Source: Candidatus Dadabacteria bacterium (lineage in GTDB: Bacteria; Desulfobacterota_D; UBA1144; Nemesobacterales; Nemesobacteraceae). Taken from it: DNA of 64,000 bases. The notes under the pieces are model-generated. The model ran no database searches. It saw only the letters and a list, made by a program, of their open reading frames with translations, and was not told where the DNA came from. Shown piece after piece: positions 55,122 through 63,537 of this stretch (the stretch's first letter is position 1; the number at the start of each line of letters is the position of its first letter). The DNA is taken from positions 7,972 to 71,971 of the forward strand of contig RKRQ01000065.1 of the NCBI GenBank assembly GCA_007571325.1, given 5' to 3'. The position numbers and the translations under genes are program-made.

Positions 55122-56135
55122 ATGAGTAATATACCAAGTGCCAGCGAAGTTGATATTATGGACACCTTCAACGCAATAGGAACAAGAAGGTCCATCAGGT
55201 GGTATGAGCCACATGTTCCTGTCGAGAAATGGAAGATTCAGGCCATGCTAGAAGCTGCTAGGCTTGCTCCTTCGGCAGGCAACTTCAATGGACAAAGAGC
55301 AATAGTTGTATACAGGGATGAAGATCCCGAGATATGGGAGTTCATATCCGACTGGAGTCAGATAACCACGCAGATGGCTCCTGTACTTGTGTTCTGGTGT
55401 TACGATATGGCAAACTACGACATACAGGGTCAATCTATCCACGATCTTATGAGAACTGGAGCACTTGACAAAGCCCATGGTTGGGAATACGACAGGGTAT
55501 CGAACCTGTTTCCGCTTCCTGGACTGCTTCCTGATGCCATACTGCATCGGCTTGCCGCGATTGACCTGGGAAATGCAATAGAGAACGCTATACTGGCCGC
55601 GACAGCCCTAGGTCTTGGTACCTGTCTTAACGGTGCCAGTGGGGGAGCCAGAAGAAACACTAAGGCGAAGTTCGAGCTTCCTGACACTTACGTGTTCAGT
55701 TGGCTTATGACTGTGGGTTATCCTGCGGAGAAGATGGATGGTGGTGGAACGAGAAGTCGTCCTCCTTTCGACACGATGTTTTTTGAGAAAAAGGTTGGAA
55801 ACGCTTTCCCGAGAGACCCAGAGGTAGTAAGTCTTTTGGAGGATCTGAACTTGATTCAGCCGGCAGGACCTCTTCCTGGAAGGCTTGAAGAAATTAACAA
55901 GCTTACTAGGCGTTTCGGTCTCGGAGATGAATGGCTTACCGACTGGAAATTGGAAGAGTCTCAGGTTGGAGAAGTTATGGGAGACAAGAAGTTTACTTCA
56001 CTGAGTTCTGAAGAAGTTCAGGCTTCAGTTGCTGGAGCATCCGTTGACCCCTCAGGTTTTACTCTTGTTCCGACGGTAAAGAGGGAGAAAATTCAGGAGT
56101 ACAGAGAGAAAAAAGGCATTGGAGATGCCGATTAG
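55122..56135 (+). CDS. Nitroreductase-superfamily flavoprotein with long C-terminal extension
   Basis: RRSIR, APSAGN, D.G.A.EN..LAATALGLGTC, VGYP; SD AGGAGGT. Confidence 0.85.
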   Translation: MSNIPSASEVDIMDTFNAIGTRRSIRWYEPHVPVEKWKIQAMLEAARLAPSAGNFNGQRAIVVYRDEDPEIWEFISDWSQITTQMAPVLVFWCYDMANYDIQGQSIHDLMRTGALDKAHGWEYDRVSNLFPLPGLLPDAILHRLAAIDLGNAIENAILAATALGLGTCLNGASGGARRNTKAKFELPDTYVFSWLMTVGYPAEKMDGGGTRSRPPFDTMFFEKKVGNAFPRDPEVVSLLEDLNLIQPAGPLPGRLEEINKLTRRFGLGDEWLTDWKLEESQVGEVMGDKKFTSLSSEEVQASVAGASVDPSGFTLVPTVKREKIQEYREKKGIGDAD

Positions 56136-56168
56136 TTCTTATCAAAAATCAACCAGGAGGTTTTGATA

Positions 56169-56360
56169 ATGGCAGAGATAACGATAAATATTCCAGATCC
56201 AATCCATAACAAGATCAAGAAGAGAGCCGAACAGACCAATAATAATGAAATTGGTGTTATAATCGCCACTCTGGCGCTTACTTTCGGTACTTCGAATTAC
56301 GATGATTCGAAATGGATCAAAAACCTAAAGGGACTGGACGACGCGTCTAAGCCTTGGTAA
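56169..56360 (+). CDS. Small protein (63 aa) with ribbon-helix-helix-like N-terminus
   Basis: SD AGGAGG; MAEITINIPDPIHNKIKKRA resembles the Arc/CopG/FitA strand-helix pattern. Confidence 0.7.
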   Translation: MAEITINIPDPIHNKIKKRAEQTNNNEIGVIIATLALTFGTSNYDDSKWIKNLKGLDDASKPW

Positions 56361-56375
56361 GCTCAAGCAGCTTAA

Positions 56376-56430
56376 AGATAAAAGAAAAGGGGGATGTTCA
56401 TACAAATGGGCATTCCCCTCTTCTTTATCT
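56376..56430. terminator. Long hairpin, probable bidirectional terminator
   Basis: AGATAAAAGAAAAGGGGGATGTTCAT / ATGGGCATTCCCCTCTTCTTTATCT between convergent genes. Confidence 0.7.
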
Positions 56431-56456
56431 AAATGGCTCTAAAAATTAAAAAAAAG

Positions 56457-58175
56457 CTAAAAAGATCTATGTAACAAGGAAAGTGAGAGACTATCTTTTG
56501 GTTTTTCCTCGTAGAGAAAATTCTCAGTTTCTCCGTTAATATAAGTTTTTTCGACAGATTCCTCTATGCAAAACAGCAACTCGCTTAAATCCCTTCCGTT
56601 TTTTGCTGAAACGAGTGGAATTTGAGGATAAGCCTCTATAAGTTTTGCTTTTGTTTCCGCATCAACTTGGTCAATTTTATTAAATACCAAGACAGTTGGT
56701 ATATTATCAAATTCCATGGACTCTATTATTTTTTTCACAGATTCTATTTTTTCTCTGACTTCGGGGTCGCTTGCGTCCGCGACGTGAAGAAGCAGATCAG
56801 CTTCACCTATTTCTTCAATTGTAGCTCTGAATGCATTTATGAGTTCTTTGGGAAGTTTACTTATGAAGCCTACAGTATCGGTCATGAGTACATGTTTTCC
56901 TCTTGGGAGCATTACTCTTCTTGTTGTCGGGTTCAGAGTTGAGAAAAGTTTGTCCTGGGTAATGATGGAGGATTTCGTCAGACGGTTAAAAAGTGTGGAC
57001 TTCCCGACATTCGTGTATCCGATAAAAGACACGGTAGAAATTTTGGAAGTTTTTCTGTTTTTTCTCGTGTGTTCTCTTCTTCTACATAAATTGTCAATCT
57101 GTTTTTCCAGCTGGTCAATCTGTTTCCTTATATTTCTTCTTTCTTGTTCTAGCTTCTTTTCTCCAGGGCCTCTTGTGCCTATACCACCTCCTAACTGCGA
57201 GAAGGTTGTCCCCTTACCCTTGAGCCTAGGCAAATTATACTGAAATTCAGCCAGTTTTGCTTGGATTTTTCCTTCGTTTGTCTTAGCGTGTTTTGCAAAT
57301 ATTTCTATTATCAATTGACTGCGGTCCATTATGTCAAGACTGGATTCCTCTCCAATGGCGTTTGCTTGGGTAGGGGTAAGCTCAGCGTCAAAAATTATGG
57401 TATCCGCTCCAAGATGCTTGGCATGAAGTGCAATTTCTCTTAGCTTTCCCTTGCCTACAAGGTAACGGGGATCAACACTTTTTCTTATCTGGACCATTTT
57501 GTCGAGTACTACCTTTTCACCGGAAAGAGCAAGAGAATTAAGTTCTTCAAGAGATTTTTCGGCTAGGTAACGAAACTTTGTGCTGAACCCTACAAGTATT
57601 ACTCCTTCCCTGTTTTCCTTACCCCCGTTTTCAAGAAAAGCCTGTCTTAAGGACTTTTCTATACCATCTATTTCATGTTCAAGATTGATATTAATCTGGC
57701 CTATGTCAGAGAATCTTGAAGTTTCCCATTTCGCCTGATTCTGTTGGTCTGATGGAACAAGGTTCGCATATTCAAAATGTCCTGCTGAACTGTTCTGACT
57801 TATGGACACAGAAGCTATCAGATCAAGTCTTTCGTTTGCGAGAGTAAGCAGGTCTGAGTTGGTAAGACCGGATTTCTTGAAACTGGTTCTTATAGCATGA
57901 AACCCTCTGAGTTTATACTTTGCTCTTTTCCTCCTTCCAAGCAGTTTCTCGAAGGGAAAATCGCAGGGTTCTCCTATGAAAACGAACCTTATTTTTCCTT
58001 TGCGGTCGATAAGTACTGTTATGATTCTTTGGAGTTCATCGGAAAGAGTTAAGAGAGTGCGTGTGAACTCAGGGGTTACCAATCGGTCCCGGGGGATTTT
58101 TCTCTTATATGTTCTTTGTATCTTCTTTAAGTCGCTTCTGGTAAGGCCTGAGGTGTTTCCGTAGATTCTGTCTAT
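56457..58175 (-). CDS. hflX: GTPase HflX, long form with N-terminal extension; probable ATA start
   Basis: GGGIGTRGPGE, GYTNVGKS, DKLFSTL, DTVGFI, NKID; the in-frame IYGNTSGL N-terminus lies upstream of the TTG at 58082 used by the ORF track. Confidence 0.92.
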   Translation of the reverse strand: MDRIYGNTSGLTRSDLKKIQRTYKRKIPRDRLVTPEFTRTLLTLSDELQRIITVLIDRKGKIRFVFIGEPCDFPFEKLLGRRKRAKYKLRGFHAIRTSFKKSGLTNSDLLTLANERLDLIASVSISQNSSAGHFEYANLVPSDQQNQAKWETSRFSDIGQININLEHEIDGIEKSLRQAFLENGGKENREGVILVGFSTKFRYLAEKSLEELNSLALSGEKVVLDKMVQIRKSVDPRYLVGKGKLREIALHAKHLGADTIIFDAELTPTQANAIGEESSLDIMDRSQLIIEIFAKHAKTNEGKIQAKLAEFQYNLPRLKGKGTTFSQLGGGIGTRGPGEKKLEQERRNIRKQIDQLEKQIDNLCRRREHTRKNRKTSKISTVSFIGYTNVGKSTLFNRLTKSSIITQDKLFSTLNPTTRRVMLPRGKHVLMTDTVGFISKLPKELINAFRATIEEIGEADLLLHVADASDPEVREKIESVKKIIESMEFDNIPTVLVFNKIDQVDAETKAKLIEAYPQIPLVSAKNGRDLSELLFCIEESVEKTYINGETENFLYEEKPKDSLSLSLLHRSF

Positions 58176-58347
58176 CTTTTGTTTCCCCTTGGTGCATATA
58201 TTATTATATTGAATAGGGAATTTGAAGCATTTTTGGTAAAAAACGGGAAAAACCTGCTTACGTGGAAATTTCTAGAGACTGAACACTGTAGATTTTCTAC
58301 CGTCTTAATAACTGCTGATTGAAAGACACGGGGAGAGGTAATGTGCT

Positions 58348-58821
58348 GTGAAAATAGAAAAACAGCCGTGGATTACTGAGTTTTACGAAAAAGAGAAAAT
58401 CTCAGTTGACTCAGATGAAATATTCAAAGAAATGAAGAGGACCTCAGATTTTCTCTGCCGAAGTTTTGAGGTTTGTACTGAGTCCATGAACAGAGAATAC
58501 GGACAGGATACAGTAAGCGTGATTTCTGCTCCGCCGGGTTTTATGCATGCTGTTTTTGATGCGGATGTAGAAACCCAAGGGTTTTTGCTTCTTTTTGGAA
58601 CTTCAAAACTGGTTATGGTCTTTTGCGGGCTTGGTAATACAGCTACCTTTGTCGGAAGAGAAGTTAATCCCACCCCACAAAAACAGAAAAAGAATCTAAA
58701 ACTTCTGGGAGTGACCTGGGAAAAGAAAAAAGATGGATGCTATCTTTTCCGAGACAGTACGGGAGTGGAAATCCAGATCCGCGAACTTATACTCGAGATA
58801 GTCCGTTGGGGCACACGTTAA
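58348..58821 (+). CDS. Hypothetical protein, 157 aa
   Basis: GTG start after GGAGAGG; fills intergenic space; no motif recognised. Confidence 0.65.
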   Translation: MKIEKQPWITEFYEKEKISVDSDEIFKEMKRTSDFLCRSFEVCTESMNREYGQDTVSVISAPPGFMHAVFDADVETQGFLLLFGTSKLVMVFCGLGNTATFVGREVNPTPQKQKKNLKLLGVTWEKKKDGCYLFRDSTGVEIQIRELILEIVRWGTR

Positions 58822-58934
58822 GGAGTAAGGACAAGGTGTGTAAGAAAGGCGATGATTAGTATTAACCCGATAAGAATAGGTACACCGAGTATGTATTTAA
58901 ACCCTTCTTTTTCATGCGGTTCAAGGTCAAGCAT
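58818..58934 (-). CDS. Uncalled small single-pass membrane protein, 38 aa (MLDLEPHEKEGFKYILGVPILIGLILIIAFLTHLVLTP)
   Basis: Hand translation; one hydrophobic helix; stop overlaps the convergent gene's stop (TTAA); promoter-like TTGTAA-17-TATGTT upstream. Confidence 0.6.
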   Translation of the reverse strand: MLDLEPHEKEGFKYILGVPILIGLILIIAFLTHLVLTP

Positions 58935-58945
58935 TATGGTGCCAT

Positions 58946-58974
58946 AACATAACCTATGCTTTATGAGATTACAA
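58946..58974 (-). promoter_or_regulatory. Possible promoter of the 38-aa ORF
   Basis: TTGTAA-17 nt-TATGTT, 11 nt before the ATG. Confidence 0.45.
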
Positions 58975-58981
58975 AGTTTTA

Positions 58982-59010
58982 TTGAAGATATCCTGAAATT
59001 TTGTTAGGTT
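58982..59010 (+). promoter_or_regulatory. Possible leaderless promoter of the radical SAM gene
   Basis: TTGAAG-17 nt-(TGn)TAGGTT, 6 nt before ATG 59017. Confidence 0.5.
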
Positions 59011-59016
59011 TTTACA

Positions 59017-59913
59017 ATGATTGAATATGTAACTCCCTTTTTCCGCCCTCCAAGCGAGCACAAAAGTTTCATTCTACAGGCTACTATTGGTTGCTCCCAC
59101 AACAATTGTACCTATTGCGCCATGTATAGAAAAAAGACTCAAAAGTTTAGGGTGAGACCCATGAGCGAGATAAAAGAGATTATCGATACGGCATCTCGTA
59201 ACGGACTCCTTGAACGAAGGGTTTTCATAGCGGATGGCAATGCGCTTGTGCTCTCTACAGCGAAACTTATAGAGATAATGAACTATCTGGACGAAAAATC
59301 CTTGGGTCTTGAGAGAATTACCATGTATGCGAATGTGGGAGATATACTTAGAAAATCCATTGAAGATCTAATACTTCTTCGAGAAAATGGCCTCGGCATG
59401 GTCTACATAGGTTTTGAAAGCGGAGACGACGTGGTACTTGAGAGAATAAAGAAAGGGGCGAATTTTTCCGAGACTGTTGAAGCTTCAAGAAAACTCAAAG
59501 CCTCTGGAATAATTAATTCCGTTATGGTTCTTCTTGGTATCGGAGGAAAAGACAGGAGCAGAGAGCACGCCTTGGCTACGGGAAAGCTTCTTACGGAATG
59601 TGACCCCGAATATGTTGGAGCTCTTTCACTTCAGCTTCGTCCCGGAGCGCCTATTTACGAACAATGGAAGGAAGGTCTCTTTGAGCTTCCAGACAAATTT
59701 CAGATGATAGAAGAACTTGAGACTATAGTTGAGAATACCGAGCTTTCAGACAGCTATTTCTATTCGAATCATATATCAAACTATCTTCCTGTCAGAGCGA
59801 GATTCCCTCAAGAAAAAGGTAGAGTTCTTAAAGAAATAAAAGAAGTTCTGAAGACCAGAGACGAAGCTTCCCTTCGTCCAGATTACTATAGGGATGTGGT
59901 AAATCAGTACTGA
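59017..59913 (+). CDS. Radical SAM protein of unknown function
   Basis: CSHNNCTYC (CxxxCxxC), G.ESG.D..L...KG, SNH.SNY. Confidence 0.9.
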   Translation: MIEYVTPFFRPPSEHKSFILQATIGCSHNNCTYCAMYRKKTQKFRVRPMSEIKEIIDTASRNGLLERRVFIADGNALVLSTAKLIEIMNYLDEKSLGLERITMYANVGDILRKSIEDLILLRENGLGMVYIGFESGDDVVLERIKKGANFSETVEASRKLKASGIINSVMVLLGIGGKDRSREHALATGKLLTECDPEYVGALSLQLRPGAPIYEQWKEGLFELPDKFQMIEELETIVENTELSDSYFYSNHISNYLPVRARFPQEKGRVLKEIKEVLKTRDEASLRPDYYRDVVNQY

Positions 59914-59936
59914 AAGATAACTTAAAGGAGGTTACA

Positions 59937-60872
59937 ATGGGAAAAATTGCGACGACTTCTCCGGTTTGGGGCTGTAGTTTGAGCGATCTTAGAGGACTTG
60001 CGGAAATTACAGAAGAAGCAGGTTTTGACGGTATTCTCTCTCCAGAGGTGCCGCCTTACAATGCTCTGACGAACGCTCAAGTGTTCGCAGAATGCACTGA
60101 GAGGATAAATGTCGGAACATGGATAGCTAACATATACATGCGCCAGCCAGTAGTTGCTACAGCAACAGCTCTTACCATACAGGAAATAACGGACGGAAGA
60201 ATGATTTTGGGACTTGGAGTAAGCCATAAGCCCGTCAACAGTAGATACGATATAGATATGGGAAATCCGATTGAGTCTATGAAAAGCTATGTAGAGGAGG
60301 TGAGAGCATTTGCTGATGGAACTTCTCCCAGACTTTCTCTTAAAAGAAAGGTGCCCGACCTTCCAGTCTATATAGCGGGCCTTACAAGAGGTGCAGCGGA
60401 ACTGGCTGGGGAAGTTGCTGACGGAATAATGCCTTATCTCTGTCCTCCGGCCTATATATCAACTCTAAAAGAGCAGATTGCTTCTGGTGCCCTAAAAGCT
60501 GAAAGAGACCCTTCATCTATATCAATCACAAACGGCATCCCATCCTTCGTTTCCGAAGATGAGGCGGCAGCCGTTGCCGCGGCCAAAAGAGGTCTCGGTC
60601 CATATGCGAGATTTCCTTTTTACCAAAGACTCATAAGAAATATAGGTTTCGGTGATATAATTGATCAGGTACAGGATGGAGCGAATCCGGCCGAAGTTTT
60701 CACCGATGAACTTATAGATTCGGTGGCACTTGCTGGCACGCCTGATAACTGCAAGAAGAAACTTCAAGAGCATTTCGCAGTCGGAGTTGATCTTGCCATA
60801 CTGGTTCCCGGACCGGTAGGAAAGCAAAGCAATATAGAGGTAATGGAGATAACAGCTAAAGCTTATTCTTAG
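59937..60872 (+). CDS. Luciferase-like (LLM) flavin- or F420-dependent oxidoreductase
   Basis: E.AGFD, T.RI.VGT, GR.ILGLG, P.YIAG, AGEVADG; SD AAGGAGG. Confidence 0.88.
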   Translation: MGKIATTSPVWGCSLSDLRGLAEITEEAGFDGILSPEVPPYNALTNAQVFAECTERINVGTWIANIYMRQPVVATATALTIQEITDGRMILGLGVSHKPVNSRYDIDMGNPIESMKSYVEEVRAFADGTSPRLSLKRKVPDLPVYIAGLTRGAAELAGEVADGIMPYLCPPAYISTLKEQIASGALKAERDPSSISITNGIPSFVSEDEAAAVAAAKRGLGPYARFPFYQRLIRNIGFGDIIDQVQDGANPAEVFTDELIDSVALAGTPDNCKKKLQEHFAVGVDLAILVPGPVGKQSNIEVMEITAKAYS

Positions 60873-60886
60873 GAAAGTTTGCAAAC

Positions 60887-60929
60887 TAAAGAAGAGCGGA
60901 GAATATAAGTTGTTTTCCGCTCTTCTTTA
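60887..60929 (+). terminator. Intrinsic terminator-like hairpin
   Basis: Perfect 14-bp repeat TAAAGAAGAGCGGA / TCCGCTCTTCTTTA just after the LLM stop. Confidence 0.75.
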
Positions 60930-61008
60930 CCGTCATATATACTCCCTTATAATAATTAATCATTTTTTCAAAACCCCCGGTGGAGTTTGAATTTTTTCAC
61001 GTGTGTGG

Positions 61009-61037
61009 TTGTGAACAGAATTTTATGAAAGTATAAT
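61009..61037 (+). promoter_or_regulatory. Possible sigma70 promoter of nuoM
   Basis: TTGTGA-17 nt-TATAAT. Confidence 0.5.
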
Positions 61038-61072
61038 TACGGCGATTTTATTCTTTTTCAATCAACCTGAAC

Positions 61073-62635
61073 GTGAGCTTCGATACCAACATTTTATCCC
61101 TGCTTATATTCTTTCCTCTTTTAGGGGCTGTGACGCTTGCCGTTCTTCCTCATTTTGAGAAAGTTTCAGATTACACCTTAAAAACAACTGCTTTTGTAAT
61201 AACCTTAGCTGAATTTATAATTTCGCTTCCGCTTTTTTTCCGGTTTAACGGATCACTCTCCACAATGCAGTTTGAAGAGAAAATTCCCTGGCTTGCGGAC
61301 TTGGGGATATCTTACCACTTGGGAGTGGATGGTGTCAGCCTTCTGCTTGTGCTTCTTACCACTTTTCTTTTCCCTATAACAGTTCTTTGCTCTTGGAACT
61401 CAATAAAAGGTGGGTGGAGAGCGTTTCTCTCCCTTATTCTTTTTCTTGAAGCGGCGCTCATTGGCACCTTTGTCGCGCTGGATATGATTCTTTTCTTCAT
61501 ATTCTGGGAGGCGGTACTCATTCCCATGTATTTCATCATAGGAATCTGGGGATCTTCCAGAAGAATCTACGCGGCAATAAAATTTTTCATCTATACGGCG
61601 TTTGGAAGCGGGCTAATGCTAGTTGCTATTATCTATATGTACTATGCACATATAGACCAGTTCGGTTTTGCGTCAATGAACCTTTTCGACCTGCAGAGAA
61701 CCAGTCTTGCTTTCGATGGTATTTTGAGTCCCCAGGGGCTTGTGTTTCTGGCGTTTTTTTTGGCCTTTGCAATCAAAGTTCCAATGTTCCCATTTCATAC
61801 ATGGCTTCCTGACGCCCATGTCGAGGCTCCCACGCCCGGAAGCGTCATACTAGCTGGAGTGCTTTTGAAAATGGGAACCTATGCGGTGATAAGATTTCTT
61901 GTTCCATTTTTTCCGGAAGCCATAGAGGCGTACACAGGAGTTCTCATAGCTCTTTCGATTGCCGGAATAATCTATGGAGCCATGGTGGCCTTTATGCAAA
62001 AGGACCTTAAGAAGCTTGTGGCTTATTCAAGCGTAAGCCATATGGGACTTATAATGCTGGGTGTGTTTATTTTTAATCTTCACGGTTTGCAAGGTGGAAT
62101 CTATCAGATGGTAGGACATGGTCTTTCCACTGGAGCTTTGTTTATCTTGGTTGGGATTATATATGAAAGACGTCACACCAAGATGATTTTGGAATTCGGT
62201 GGACTTGCGAAAATAATGCCAGTTTTTGCGCTGTTTTTCATGATAGCTATGCTTTCTTCCATAGGACTTCCTCTTCTAAATGGTTTTGTCGGGGAATTTC
62301 TTATTCTGCTTGGAGTATTTACAGAAAGTTATTTATATGCAGCGCTTGGAGCAACAGGACTTGTTCTCGGAGCTATCTACATGCTCTGGGCTTACCAAAG
62401 GGTGATGTTCGGACCCTTAGTAAAGAAAATAAACATGGGGCTTAAGGACCTTAATTTAAGAGAGATAACTCTTATGGTTCCAATTGCCATAATGATATTT
62501 TTTATGGGAATATACCCGCAACCATTTCTCTCAAAAATGGAACCCTCCATAGCAAGAATAATAAAGGAGACGCAACAGCGGGAAACTCTCCGAGTGGATA
62601 CTCTAGAGTTAGAGCCCCAGAGAAATAAACCGTAG
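61073..62635 (+). CDS. nuoM: NADH-quinone oxidoreductase subunit M (stand-alone gene)
   Basis: LGVDG.S, FFIFWE..LIPMY, K.PMFPFHTWLPDAHVEAP, LKMGTY, AYSSVSHMG; GTG start. Confidence 0.92.
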   Translation: MSFDTNILSLLIFFPLLGAVTLAVLPHFEKVSDYTLKTTAFVITLAEFIISLPLFFRFNGSLSTMQFEEKIPWLADLGISYHLGVDGVSLLLVLLTTFLFPITVLCSWNSIKGGWRAFLSLILFLEAALIGTFVALDMILFFIFWEAVLIPMYFIIGIWGSSRRIYAAIKFFIYTAFGSGLMLVAIIYMYYAHIDQFGFASMNLFDLQRTSLAFDGILSPQGLVFLAFFLAFAIKVPMFPFHTWLPDAHVEAPTPGSVILAGVLLKMGTYAVIRFLVPFFPEAIEAYTGVLIALSIAGIIYGAMVAFMQKDLKKLVAYSSVSHMGLIMLGVFIFNLHGLQGGIYQMVGHGLSTGALFILVGIIYERRHTKMILEFGGLAKIMPVFALFFMIAMLSSIGLPLLNGFVGEFLILLGVFTESYLYAALGATGLVLGAIYMLWAYQRVMFGPLVKKINMGLKDLNLREITLMVPIAIMIFFMGIYPQPFLSKMEPSIARIIKETQQRETLRVDTLELEPQRNKP

Positions 62636-62689
62636 GATTGTAAGAGCTTACAAGCTTTTGGAAGATTGACCATCGGCTTAATTAGACCT

Positions 62690-63112
62690 ATGTCTTTTAA
62701 AAATCTCATAACGAAAAAAGTCGAGTTTTCCGCCTCTCACAGATACTGGAACAAGAACTGGAGCGAAGAGAAGAATCGTGAATTCTACGGCAAATCGAGT
62801 CTCCCCGGCGGCCACGGTCACAATTTCACGCTTGAAGTTACTGTGGAAGGGGAAATAAATCCAGAAACGGGAATGATAATCAACCTCTTTGATCTAAAAA
62901 GGATTATCTCATCAGTCTTGGATGATTTTGACCACAAGAACTTGAACGAAGACAATCCTCATTTTCAAAATCTTATACCAACGACGGAAAATATAGCCAA
63001 AGTTCTCTGGGAAATGGTTGAGAAGAAAATCCTTGAGAGGGATGACTGTAATCTGCACAGAATAAGAGTATATGAAACTGATGACCTTTTCGTCGACTAC
63101 CAAAAATGCTAA
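62690..63112 (+). CDS. 6-pyruvoyl-tetrahydropterin synthase family protein, copy A (Cys to Ser; Asp-His kept)
   Basis: FSASHR, GKSSLPGGHGHN, DHKNL, PTTENIA, YET; animal-type PTPS layout. Confidence 0.88.
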   Translation: MSFKNLITKKVEFSASHRYWNKNWSEEKNREFYGKSSLPGGHGHNFTLEVTVEGEINPETGMIINLFDLKRIISSVLDDFDHKNLNEDNPHFQNLIPTTENIAKVLWEMVEKKILERDDCNLHRIRVYETDDLFVDYQKC

Positions 63113-63537
63113 CAAGAAAAGAGCAAGTGCTTCTTACCAGAGTATTTAAATTCTCTGCAAGTCACAGGCTTTTCATTGAAGGTCTATCTGATGAAGAAAA
63201 CCTTGCCGTATTTGATAAATGCGCAAATCCCGCGGGGCACGGACACGATTATTCAGTCGAAGTGACAATAAGGGGGGAAATAGACAACGAGACCGGCATG
63301 GTTATAAACCGTATTGATTTTGAAAGACAGGCAATTCCCATAATTGAGGAACTTAATTATAAGTGGATAGACAGAGATATTCCTTTCTTTGAAAACAACA
63401 TATCAACTGTTGAAAACATTGGGAAATACCTGTGGCGGAAATTTTCAGAACTCATTCCGGACAAGCTTGATCATATAAGAATATGGGAGAATCAGAAAAG
63501 TTATTTTGAATATTTTGAGAAAAAGCATCATGGATAA
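63106..63537 (+). CDS. 6-pyruvoyl-tetrahydropterin synthase family protein, copy B (Cys kept; Asp-His replaced by Asn-Tyr)
   Basis: FSASHRL...LSDEEN, KCANPAGHGHDY, LNYKWID, STVENI, WEN. Confidence 0.88.
   Translation: MLTRKEQVLLTRVFKFSASHRLFIEGLSDEENLAVFDKCANPAGHGHDYSVEVTIRGEIDNETGMVINRIDFERQAIPIIEELNYKWIDRDIPFFENNISTVENIGKYLWRKFSELIPDKLDHIRIWENQKSYFEYFEKKHHG

Noticed and set aside
58187..58214. dif-like sequence (TTATATTGAAT resembles the XerD arm)
   Set aside because: The XerC arm and spacing do not fit; better explained as the AT-rich hflX promoter region.
60984..61003. Rex- or CRP-like palindrome (TTTGA-N6-TCACG) upstream of nuoM
   Set aside because: Several mismatches in AT-rich DNA and a non-standard distance from the promoter; too weak to call.
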